Shown: positions 23,330 through 34,830 of the stretch, one piece after another
How the letters are laid out: every line of letters starts with the position of its first letter
Position numbering within the stretch: position 1 is the stretch's first letter
Assembly (NCBI GenBank): GCA_008632985.1
Contig: QPGO01000006.1
Span: 803,138-867,137 of the forward strand
Reading direction: 5' to 3'
DNA: 64,000 nucleotides
Source of the DNA: Psammoneis japonica
Lineage: Eukaryota
Translations under genes and position numbers: made by a program
The notes under the pieces: generated by a model
Databases searched by the model: none
The model's input: the letters and a program-made list of their open reading frames with translations, nothing else
Told to the model about the DNA's origin: nothing

Positions 23330-26300
23330 ACTCTCACGCCATTTGAAGAGCAAACGGCACTTCCAAAAAGTCTTTGTCATTGTGAAGACAGAGGATGGCA
23401 CCTTGCTTGAAGCTCATTCTCTCAAAAGAGGGGACCATCAGAAGAGGGAGGATGGCAAGTGTGATGACTTGTGTCGCACTGCCAAAGCCCCACCAGACCC
23501 AGGTTTGTGTTTGCGAGGTTGCATCGCTGTTGAGAAAGGGGCATCTGTCCACAACCTTGGTGGGCTTTTGAGACACAATTGACCACATTCTCAGCCCACA
23601 CCACTCTTGCACAGCAGCAGCTCTTGTTCTTTCTGGCAGGATGAACTTCTCGCAATTTCATTGAGCCTTCCATTGCACCACACCCCCACAACCGGCTTGT
23701 GCTCTCCTTGCACAATTTGACATTTTGCTCTGACCCCAACGTTCAGAGTGCCCCAAATCTCTTCTTTTTTTTGTGAAACTGTTCAAGAAGCTGTGCAAAC
23801 TCTACCACCACAGGAATGTTGCACAATCTTCTATGTGGCTTTCCTTGCACTCTGTTGTTTTTGACCCAAGCTGTGCCAATGCCATGGTGGGTGCTGTTTT
23901 TGCAGGAAAACTGTGCACAAAAATGACCTGCTTTCAACAGCCAAGCTGAGAGACAAACACAGCAGTGCTTGCAAAAGTCACTCAAACAAAAACAAAGTGC
24001 AGAAATGAGTGTGTTTTTGAGGATGGAGAGAACTCGTTTGATTGAGATGACTTTTGGGGCTCAAAGTCGACTCTCAAGGGGGGTCATTCCCCCACTTTTT
24101 CTGTGGCTCATGGCATTTTGCCCAAACAGGTTGTGTGGTTTCAGATCAGAAAGAATGACACAACCCCTGAAAGCACTTCTCACACAGGGCACGGTGCCCC
24201 ACACATTGCACATTGCAGCCATTGTGCTTTTGTGAGCAGCAGATGGAAATGCAGCACTTTTGGCAAAATGCCCCAAACAATGTGAAAACAAACATGTTTC
24301 AGTTGGACCGAAGTGCAGTTGTTCGGAGATCAGGGAGTGGTGCAGCCATGTTGCTTGGCATGTTGGCATTCAAGTCTGCAAGTGCGCATTTGACAAAATG
24401 CATCCAGGAGCAACAAGTGCAAAATGTGCCAATCAGGATGGTGAAAACAAATGAAAATGTTGCACTTCCAACAAGTGAGTGTCTCAATTTCAATCTGGAA
24501 GGGGGTCGACCAATGTTTGCATGCACGTGCGTGCACTGTGAGATGGTGGGGTTTAACGACCTGTGACTCAAGGCCTTTTCTGTGGGTCTCTGATGGAGCA
24601 TGCTGCAATCCAAGAAAAAATGGCTGATGAGGAAAGAAAAAGAGCTGATTTTCATTGTGGCCTGGGTGTCAACAGCAGGCACCATGGAGAAAGATTGCTT
24701 TGACTGTGTTTGAATTTTCTGCATGTGTGCAGTGGTGCCAGATGTTTCTGGAGAGCTTTTTCTAAAAAAAAAGCTGGTGTGCTGGAAGCAGCTCAAATTT
24801 TCAATTGTTGGCTGGGGTGTGGCAACACAAGAAATCATCTGCATGATCCAAAGATCCACAATCTCAGCACATGCTTGCAGTTGAGGTAAAACTTTGTGGC
24901 TTGGCTGCTGCCATGTCACATCTTTGTCAAAGGCAAACCAGAAAAGCCATTGAGAACATGCCAAGAAGACATCAATGGGATGTGATCCAATGGCTGCAGT
25001 GGCACCTCCTGTTGGATTGCTTGTTGGAAAAAAATTGAGTGCTCAGCTGGACTTGTTGTCACTGAGACATGAGCCAAAGTTGGAGCCTCTGACCTCTTTC
25101 TTTCCAAAAGAGGAAAAGCCACAATCATGTCAGCTTTTCAGTCCATCAAATCCAAATGCATGGTTCTGTTCCATCAACTCTGCAAAAGTGCTCAATGATC
25201 TCCAGCTGGAAGAATTTTCTTGCTTCTGGCATGGGCTGTGCCATGATGACAAAAACCGTGTCACTCTCATCTTGTTTGTGATTTGACAAATGGATGTGGT
25301 GCCAAATGTGCACAGCTTTGTGAGAAAACAACGGAGTTGGTCAACAAAGCTTGGCACAGAAACCAAAAGAACACATTGCTGCTTCCATGTTTGCCAGAAC
25401 ACCAAAAGCACCTTGAATGCCACAAAGAGTGCAAAGCAGTTGCTCTTGCAGACCACATGAGCACTTGCTTTGTCTCAGCTTTGGCAGGATGGGGTGGAGT
25501 GATTGTGCAGACTTTTGACAGCTGTTCAAGTGGTTGTGTGAACCTTTGACTGCAGTTCAAAAGTGCACAAAACCCACATGAGTTTCAGGCTGGGGGGAGT
25601 GACTTGTTTGGAGCATTCTTGGGGTGTGCCTTGGGTGTGGTGCATTTGTGTGGGTTGTCTGTGATTGTTGGTTGCTGCAGGTGTTCATTGACATTTTTGA
25701 AATCTGAGTGGAGGTGTGTTGAGCAAACAACAATGGCCATCCATTGGATTTGTGCTCAAATGAAAGCAGTGCAATGAAGAAAATGTATCTGGACATTGAC
25801 AAAATGGGGGACAGTGTGCACGCACAGAAAACATGAAAAAAGTCAGCCATTCTAAACTCAAAAGCTTTGCCTCAATGACCCACTGGCTTCATTGCATGTG
25901 GCATTGTGTCATCTGGTCCCATTTGGCCTGCAGCCATTGTCGCTGCACAAGGAACATGCACCAGAGCACCACTTTGCACATCCATGGCAGGCCCAAAAGG
26001 TTGCCAGTTGCAGCTGTGTGTTCTTGAGAGAGATGCAACATTGTTTGATGGCTTGTGCACCACTCGCCTGTGTTGGAGTTTCATGGCTTGCCAACTGGCA
26101 CACGTTTGGTTTCATGAACCCCAAACTCACTGTGTGGCTTGCAAACACACTCCCAATGCCATTGACTGCTGTCACCATGCCAGCTGGGTGCAGAAGCTAA
26201 AAAGTGAGCACAAGACCTGCAACTCAACCCATGCTGCAAGCACAAAGAATTCACCAAATCATGCACAATTGTCAGCACATCTTGCACTGCAACATCATCT

Positions 26301-29300
26301 GTCTGTCCTGCAAAAACTGCCTCCTCTGGCCCCAATGTTCCAACACATTCCTTTGCACAAGCAGTCAATTGATTGGTCTCATGTGCATCAAGCATGGGAG
26401 GATGACACTTGGAAACCATGCCACCCAACACCACTTTGGCCACTCCATTGCTTTCCATGGCCCAAATCATCTGCGACTCTGACCATTGTCCACGCAATCC
26501 TTTTTCACATGCCCAACCTTGTCACATTTCCAGCACTCAATCTGCTTCTGCTTGTTCTGTGCACAACTTGCACTGTCAGATTTCTTGTTGGCCCCACAGG
26601 TGTCTAACACCTGCAATGCCTCCTTGGACGAATTGGGGCAATTGGTGTGCCCCACAGTGCAAACTGCTCACGCAGGTCTTTCAAGACATGCCAACATTCC
26701 TTGGTGCCTTCCAGTCATGGGCATTGCTGCCAACAACTTGTTTCTTTCTTTGTTCCAGGTGTCATCAGCATCCCCTTGCTGAGCCAATCTTCTTTCTTGG
26801 GGCTGCTTCTTCCAGGATGATCCTGCCACAGGAAATTTCCACCCACCTTGACAATGCTCATGAGCTGATCACACAATGATCTTGAAGTGCCTCCTTCATC
26901 TTGACAAATGAGTGCCAACTGCTTCCAAGCTTTGACCACCTGGGCATGTGGGTTTATCTTCTTGTTTGCATTGAACCAGATTGGCTTTTCCATTTTTCAA
27001 TGGTGCTGCCATGTTGCAGTCCTTCATGACTCTCATGAACTCCATCACTCCTTCAATCTTGTGATGAACAGCCTTTGCATGTTGTCCCACAATTGTTGCA
27101 TTAAATGCCTTCACCTTCTGTGTCTTGCAGAGATTGCATTCTGTTTCACACAGTGACCACATTTCTTGCCCCCAATTGCCTTCTCCTTCTCTGATGCAGT
27201 GTCTCCCAATGGATGCCTCAGAGACACCAGTGCACCTGCATGTCTGCCCTGAACATTCTTCTGACACACTCACTGCTGACATTCCTCATGGTTTCCATGC
27301 AACCATCTGCCTGTCATTCCCAATTGGCAATGGTGTCACACACTCACTCCTTTTGATCTTTTGTGATTCCGAACTCAGCTGTGTCCTTGCTCACATTTTT
27401 TGGGACCCATGTTGGAGCACGATGGCTTGCCAACAGTTGTGTGCTTGGCCTCACCAACTCTGACACAACCTCACCACACCCTCTTTCAGCAGACCCTTGA
27501 CAGCTTCTTCAACAGCAAGGCCAGTCACGACTGAATGTCATTCTGGTTGCAGAACACGACTGCAACCCAGAGACTCATTGATTTGCTTGGTTGATTGCAC
27601 AAAACGCTGTTTGAAAATCACAATGAACTTTTGCCACAATTTTTAGAATGACAACAATGACAACGTCTGTTTGCCTCATTGCCACTTGCATTGCAAACAA
27701 CCCACAAGAGCTTCATTCTCCCTGTCACATGATGGGACTGTTTCTCAACTGGGCCCTCCAGAGATCATTTGTTCACCCTTGTCCAGCCGGCTTGTTTGCC
27801 ACAATCCACCAACACAAGACACACCTTTGAACTCCTGTTGATTTCCCAGCCTTCGCCCTCAGATGCCTGATGACTTCCCCAGCCTTTGAATGACATCACT
27901 TCTTTGAGTGTCACATTTTTTGTCAGACCGTGATGCCACTTTGGAGCGAGTCTGGACACCTCAAAGAAGCACAAAATGCCGCCCAGTTGTTGCCAAACAT
28001 GATGTGGAAGAGAAAGGGCTTTTTGCCAAGCATGGTCCTTTTTGGTTGCCCTTGCACTGTGAAATTCCAAAACCCTTGCACTGCATGAAATTCCAAAACA
28101 CAAAAAAGTGGAGATGCTCATGCTTTGCCTTGGCAAGCTTGGATCTGCTTGCAAAGGGTTTGGGTTGCTCTGATTGAGTTTTTCTCGTTTGTCGCCACTT
28201 GGCCATGGCTTCTTGCACACTGCAATTGCATTTTTTGATGCGATTCAAATCAAGGGTGGTCCATCAAGTCCAAGTCATTTCATCAGAGTCACATGCATTT
28301 TAACATCACAACTCACCTCCGTCACAGAAATTCAAATCCATTTCTCCTTGCAAAGTGCTCATCTCATCTCTGCTCCATTTGTGGCCACAATTCCCACAGA
28401 GAGAACAGTTACAACACCAAGCTGTTTGTAACCTTGAGCAACTGCTCTCATCTTTGCAAAGCCACACTGCTGCCTGCTGCATCCTGCACAAGTTGTCTTC
28501 TCAAGAACATCTCCCATTGACTTGTTTTTGATTTTGCTGCACACATTTTGGCACTGCAGCCATGGGTCCCAACCCTGTGCTGCAGCCACATGTAATCACA
28601 AAACCCTGTTGTCAACAAAATGAACTCACACCAACCAACTGATGTTGCACCAATGTGGGCCTGCCTCCTCCCAGCAACTTTTGGGGCAAGCACACAGGGT
28701 TGGTTCATTCACAGAGTCATCACCAAAATTTGTCCCTCACACCATTTTTCCATGTGACAAAGTTGTTTTGTGAAAATCCAGCTTCATTTTCAAACACCCC
28801 CCATCAAATGCCATGAACAATGTGTGTCCACTGCACTCTCTTGCAAGACATTGGTTTAAAAAGTGCAAGACCAACAGCACCAACATCTTGTGCACTTTGT
28901 GGCTGTGGATGGGGTCAAAGTTCAGCTGGTTTTTCCAGAAAATTTTGAGTTGAGGAGTGGTTCATGCAAGATTTGCCAAGACAGATGATGGTGACATCAA
29001 CACAAGAAGACCTGCTCCAGCCATGGCAACATGATGTTCCATTGTCAGATCCATGGCTGGCCTCCTGACAGCTGTGGTGTTTGACCCAATGGGCCAAGCA
29101 GTCTGCAAAAACCCATTGCAAGAAGCAACACACTCTTCCATTTCTGGATCTGAGACTTGTGTCTTTGTAGCCAATCTGGTGTCCAGTCTGAGGATCAGTT
29201 CTGCATGGGTGTCCTGTCAGAACCATCAAATGGTCATTTGGCTTCAACCAATTTGAGGTTTTTGCCTCAATTGAGGTCCTTGGTGGACCAGACACCAGAG

Positions 29301-32300
29301 AGCAGATGCAAGCAAGGGAGGGGCTCAATTCACTCAATTTGTCACTCCACAGAGTGGCAGTGTCAGAACAACAATTTTGTGAACATTGGTTTGACTGCAT
29401 TTTTTCTTGAAGTTCACATCAACTTCCTTTTGCATTTTCACACCAATCCACTGGACTTTCTCCCATTCAAAAATGCTTGGCTGAACACATTGCAGCTCCT
29501 TTGTAAAAGTCTTGTGAAGAAGACTGAACACATGTGGTTGGCGCTGTTGCTCAAATTGATGACATGACAAGGAAGACATTGAATTCATTGATGTGCTCAT
29601 GTTGCTGACAGGAAATGCTGGCTGTGGTGGTGTGGAACACACTGAGTGTGCAACAACAAGAAGCAAAAGTGGCAAGACTTCTTGGATGCATTGAAGGTGC
29701 AATTTGGACTTCATCTTTGTTTGTCTTTTGCAGCCAGCAATGGCTTTGAGTCAGCAGGTGCCAAAAATCTGGTGCATGATTGGTGGGTGCAGTTGGCACG
29801 TGACATGACATCACCACAAATGACCAAATTGGTGTGTCTCAAAAATCTTGACAGAGAGTGGGTCTCTGATTGGACAACTTCAACTGTGTGTTTTGATGAG
29901 GATCCAACAGAGCTGCCCTTGCAACAGTGAAAAAATGCCCCTGACAGATTGCAATTTCTTGCACCTGTCACACATTGAGCCAAAAATGGGAGTCCATCAC
30001 TGAATCAACATGCACCGCTTCACCACTTCCACATCCCAACATTTAGAAGAAAAACAGTTTTGCATGGTCACAGTTGGGATGTGGGGTTTGGGGCAGGGGC
30101 CAGGGAGCGAGACTTTTGGCAAACTTCAGTTTGGGATGATCAAAGGCTGTGGTGTGACTGAGCGAGATTCCCCATTAAAAAAGTCAATCTGTGACAGGAC
30201 CAAGTTAATCTGTGAGGAGTTGGCACCCTGCAACAGTCCAAGAAACAACAAATGTTTAGAGACAGTCATCATCTTTTCCACTGCATCAATGTTGTCACCA
30301 ACTGCAGCAGGATTTTGTCAATTTCTCCATGTTGCCACTGCAGCAGTGTTCCATGTTCTCATCTGGAGCATGCCTGCCATGCCAGTTTGGAGTTGCTCAA
30401 GTGTTGGGCCTCACAGCAGCTGCACAAAGGCATTGTCTTTCAAGTCTCAACTGGCCATGATGAGCCTGCTTCCTCCTCCTCCTGCAATGACATCAACCAC
30501 CATGGGGCATCCTCTGCCCCTGCCCCCTCCTCTGCCAGAACAAGCTAACTGCTCTGTTGCACAGCAGAATCCACCCTGGGTGTGGTTGCTGCATGGGAAG
30601 TTCTCTGCTTGTGATGATGACTGTTAACTGACCCTTTGTCAACACCCCACTCTTTTGCCAATCAGAATCAGAACAAAAAGATCCTTCTTCACATCATCTC
30701 AAGCACAACCTGCATGATGCCAGTGACCTGTGCTTGATGATTTGATGGGAATTTGGAGCTGTTTTGCAGGGCAAAACCAATGGACTCAACAAAGACCATT
30801 GCAGTCTGGCAGTTCACACACCAGCTCACAAGCATTGAACAGAGCAGAGTTTTTTTGTCATGAAGCTTGTGGCGCTGAGATCATGAACCTCTTTGCTTGC
30901 CTCTGCAGTTTTGACATTGAGGAGGTCATTGCCAAAAGAGTGTGTTCAATGAGCCAATTGTGCTGCAGACAATGCAGTGCACTGTGATTGTGAGCATGTG
31001 ACACCAACCTCACTTGCCTCATCATTAAATCTTGCATCTCCCACCAGCTTCATGATGAGAAGATTGAGGCCCAATTTGGCCACATGCCACTGTTCCAGCA
31101 CCGCTGTCCAGGCCAGTCATTTTTGCAATGGCACTCAGAGACATTCAGGGCATCTGCCATCATCCGTGACACATTGGCCAAGCCCACAAAAGCTTTGCTG
31201 GTTTGTCAATTGACTCCTGTGCTGGCAAGAGCATTCCTGAGTTTGTTGCCAAAGTGCTTTGTCTTTTGCCAAGATCCTCCTCTCCAGACTGGGTGCACAC
31301 TCCTGGTCATGCTCAGATCTGACCTTTTTTGAAGAAAGTCATGAAGGAGACATCTGGCAAGACATTTGACCACATGGTTTTTGCCAAGCTCTAGACAAGG
31401 TTGCCACCATGCAGCGCAAGTGTGTCAATTGAATGATCTGCTCTGCTTGTCCAGGGTGTGGAGATGGTGGCACACTGTTTTTGCTTCTTGACAATGTGCA
31501 ACATGTTCTTGCAATGTGGAGCACAGCACACACTCTGTGCTGAGAACAACTGGCAGATGTTCCAGCAGTGTCTTGTGTCATGTGGTCACCTGCAGGGGTG
31601 TGTGTGTGTGTGTGATCCCAAAAGTGCATGTGATTGTGGAAGCCCATGCAGTTTGCACTCATTCCACTGAGCAGATGCATTGACATGACTGTGCACACCA
31701 ATTGTGAGTGAACCACATCATGAGGAGATCATGCATTTGTCTCCCCCCCTCCAAAGTTGCACCTGGCAAGCAAAGGCTCTGCACATGATGCCATGTGCTG
31801 TTGCACAGTGTTTGCTGAGAACCAAGGTGAACTTTGAGTGAAGTGCTTTGTTTTTGAATCATGAGAACATTCAAGCACATTGAAGTGTGTGAAGCAAAAC
31901 ACACAATTCACACAACCAAGCATTTCATGGCAAAATGTGCCAACTCAGACACAGCTCTCACAGTTTGCAACAACAGCAATCTTTGCAAATGAAGCAAAAA
32001 GCGCATGTTTGATCTGGGCTGTTTTGACAGAAGTGTCAACCTGTTGTGTCATTGAAGCTTTGAGAGAGAAGCTCCTTGAGAGAGAGCACGCCAATGCATG
32101 AACAGCCAAGGAGCAAGTCTCAGCTTTGTTGTTTTGGAAGCAAGGGGGGGATCTTTGATTTTCTTGATTGAGCACAGAGCCCTCACTCCTGACTCTGAAC
32201 GCACACCTCAGAAGCTTTTTCTGTTGCTTGATGATCTCCTTGACAGAAAAAAAAGAGAAAAAGAGAGTTCAAATGTCACATTGTGACAAGGTGCAGATGC

Positions 32301-32940
32301 TGAGAGACCACAAACTGGGCATTCTCACACTTGTTTGGCAGACATTTCAAGTCACAAGCCAGTTGCCAGTTGCATGAGACATGAAATGTTGATTTGGGAA
32401 CTTCCACTGGACTTTGTGGATGGCAGCAAGGTCTCTGCAAAAAGCACCTTTCTGTGTTCTGGTGTGCAAGACCATGTCATGATCACTTGGCAAAGATGTG
32501 GGGCCATGCACGCAGCTGGGCCCATTGCACATTCTTTAATTTTGATGACAATGCTGGGACAAACAAAGATGATTGCTTCGGGATTTCTTGTCAGATTTCA
32601 TGGTTGAGGAGGAAGAAAAAGAGAGCTCCATGATTCACTCAGTCACTCCAACAGACCTTTTGGATGTGAGCTCAGCCTGCACATCTTGGCAGTGCTTGGC
32701 AATTGGCACCTGCAACATGGCCAGCAATGATGGTGGTGAAATGCTTTGCCTTTTGATGCACGTTGGGACCATGCCTCAGGCAGGTGCACCCAGCTTTTCA
32801 GCCCAAGGTGACAGGGAAAAAAGAAAATGATGGGCATGACAACAGTGAGCAAAAGGTGTGCCAGTTTGTGGAATGAGAGAGGAATTTCATTTCTGTTTTT
32901 ACAACTGAGAAGGAGATGAGGCTGACGGTCAACCTGGCCA
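23330..32940. other. Hypermutated CpG/TpA-depleted domain D4 (nested TE relics)
   Basis: About 9.6 kb with TA and CG both rare. Edges are sharp at ~23330 and ~32950. Confidence 0.9.
25830..27653 (-). mobile_element. Degenerate Ty1/Copia (CoDi-like) LTR retrotransposon: candidate short 5' LTR, gag with zinc knuckle, possible pol remnant
   Basis: CCHC knuckle CWKCDKVGHVKKDC (~26490-26535). Gag-like segments QADGCMETMRNVSSECV and KVKAFNATIVGQHAKAVHHKIE. A weak PDDTM.HAMK motif near 25900. A 118-bp TG...CA segment at 27536-27653. No second LTR was found. Confidence 0.55.
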
Positions 32941-34575
32941 CTGTTCGGATGTGTCACCTCTGGCGAAAATTGTGACGAAGCCCGGTCAGTGCTCCCCCGG
33001 CTGCGACTAAAGCGGAGTGTTTATGTCATGCTCGCTGAGCAGACGTCTATGCCTTTTCAGCACAGGGTCAATGCAACATATCGTGCAATGATGGAATCTG
33101 GCGTTCAAGACGGACTAACGGTCCGTTGAAATGATTATTTGTTAGCCACGATATCGAAGTGCAGTGAAGGAATTTGGTGAGCGTGTTAGAGCTATGCTGT
33201 CGCATCGATTCTCTAAAGCAAATTTCTATCTTTATCGGCTACTGTCATGTATAAATCTTCTCATGAAACCACCCTTGAACACCAAAACGCTCTCGATTGG
33301 TTTGTAGCACTTCATGTGGCAGCGACACGGAATCAAACAAAACGAGCGTTCCCGCTCGAGGTACAATGTCTCGGATTCGTTCTCCACCATCCTCACCCTG
33401 CGGACCAACACTCTTGTTGTTGTTGAAAGAGATTAGCGATTTGGGAGCATCAATCAAGTGGAAACGATCCCGGTCTCGTGGATCGTCCACCATGAGTTTA
33501 CGAGCCATGGCGTCACCACCGGCCAAGTAGAGTGCAATGTTGGCAAAGGGCTTTTGGGACAAGTCGCGCTTCTTGCCATTTCGATCCATGGTGTACAACA
33601 TGCAAGTTTCATTCTCGGGTCCTTCGCGGGAGGGATCCAAAAAGACGGGTTGTTCTCCTTGGTCGTTGGTGGTAGCTCGGAGCCAACCGACTTGAAGATC
33701 ATTGCGTCGAGCACCGACTCGAGATGACGCTGGAAAAGCACGTTCGTGAAGTCTCAATTGACCACCGTCTTGTTCGGACCAATCGTCATTGAGGTAAATG
33801 AGCCACGTAATGGATCGTCGAGAGGCATTTGGTTTGAGTGGGAGTTTGGATCCATTGGGTCGTTTCAGTTCCAAATGATGCTCATCCGTGTGTCTAGCCA
33901 ACAGAGCGCCCTCGCCGTACCGTAAATATTCCATTTCATGTGTTTGCGCCACATCGTTGGCAAGAGTCGGTCGATCGGTCAAGCCTTTGGCCAAGACAGC
34001 CTTGACCTGAGCCATTTTGAGTTTGAGAGTCTGACGCAGTTCGTAATTGCCGACTTGTGGGTCGACAAAGGGCCCGTCTCCACCGGCGGATGAAAAACTC
34101 GGCATGATCCAACGATCATTGGCAGCTTTATCCGCCTTGTTGGGGTTTCTCGATAGAATAAAATTGGTAAAACTACCCGATTCAAAGCAGTTCTTAACGT
34201 CGTCACACACGGCCCGAGTTTCATCCGGCGTCAGCCAGTTGGGTATAATCACGGCACGACCCTCCTCGATTTGTTCCAGAGTTCCGGGTGGAAGAATGTC
34301 ACCATTAACATTTGTTTCAACAGCGACTACTGCAGTTTCCACTGCTCGACGCCATGCGGCTTCGGCACCCAACCCGGCAAGCGAAGCAACCATGGCTTGA
34401 CGACGAGACAGAAAAGACGACAGTCCTTTTTTCTTTTCAACAAAAGTTTCCTCATCGCTGCACTCTTTTGCAAAGCATCTCGTGTTTAGCAGTCTGTCAC
34501 TAGTATAAGCATCAGTTGTTGTTGGTTGAAATCCATTCCAAGCATCGACAGTGCACAACAACACAACAAGACATA
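32570..34575 (-). repeat. Inverted segmental duplication, copy 1 (2OG oxygenase gene plus 3' flank)
   Basis: The reverse complement aligns by eye with 57040-59015 along its length, apart from small deletions. Confidence 0.95.
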
Positions 34576-34618
34576 TAAGCGCTGGAATCGTCACCATGGT
34601 TGGCATGCGGCGCCTCAT
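33245..34618 (-). CDS. 2OG-Fe(II) oxygenase (prolyl-hydroxylase-like), probably plastid/thylakoid-lumen targeted
   Basis: Intact 457-aa ORF with YLRY.EGALLARHTDE (HxD), RSITWLIYLNDDW..DGGQLR and PRAGTLVLFDS..LPHEV..T.RERF..GWF. Signal peptide ..TVDA-W and a twin-arginine-like SRRQAM. Confidence 0.85.
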   Translation of the reverse strand: MRRRMPTMVTIPALICLVVLLCTVDAWNGFQPTTTDAYTSDRLLNTRCFAKECSDEETFVEKKKGLSSFLSRRQAMVASLAGLGAEAAWRRAVETAVVAVETNVNGDILPPGTLEQIEEGRAVIIPNWLTPDETRAVCDDVKNCFESGSFTNFILSRNPNKADKAANDRWIMPSFSSAGGDGPFVDPQVGNYELRQTLKLKMAQVKAVLAKGLTDRPTLANDVAQTHEMEYLRYGEGALLARHTDEHHLELKRPNGSKLPLKPNASRRSITWLIYLNDDWSEQDGGQLRLHERAFPASSRVGARRNDLQVGWLRATTNDQGEQPVFLDPSREGPENETCMLYTMDRNGKKRDLSQKPFANIALYLAGGDAMARKLMVDDPRDRDRFHLIDAPKSLISFNNNKSVGPQGEDGGERIRDIVPRAGTLVLFDSVSLPHEVLQTNRERFGVQGWFHEKIYT

Positions 34619-34830
34619 TTTTGTGCGTTTGCTCGCGAACGTCGCATTGAAATCAGAAGTGGTCGCGTGTGCTGCGAGACGCGCGCTTTTCTCGCGCGCT
34701 CGCCTCGCGCTCGCTTATGGATCCGAAGATCGAAAGACCGACCATGCTAGAGCATGGGCGAAGACATTCTGGAATTCGCACATCGTTCGTCGCCTTCATG
34801 TTTTCACCACATTGTTCTGCAGCAACGGCA

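Noticed and set aside
23330..32940. Classical fungal RIP
   Set aside because: RIP increases TpA and AT content and hits both duplicates. Here TpA is lost, and duplicates outside the domains are intact.
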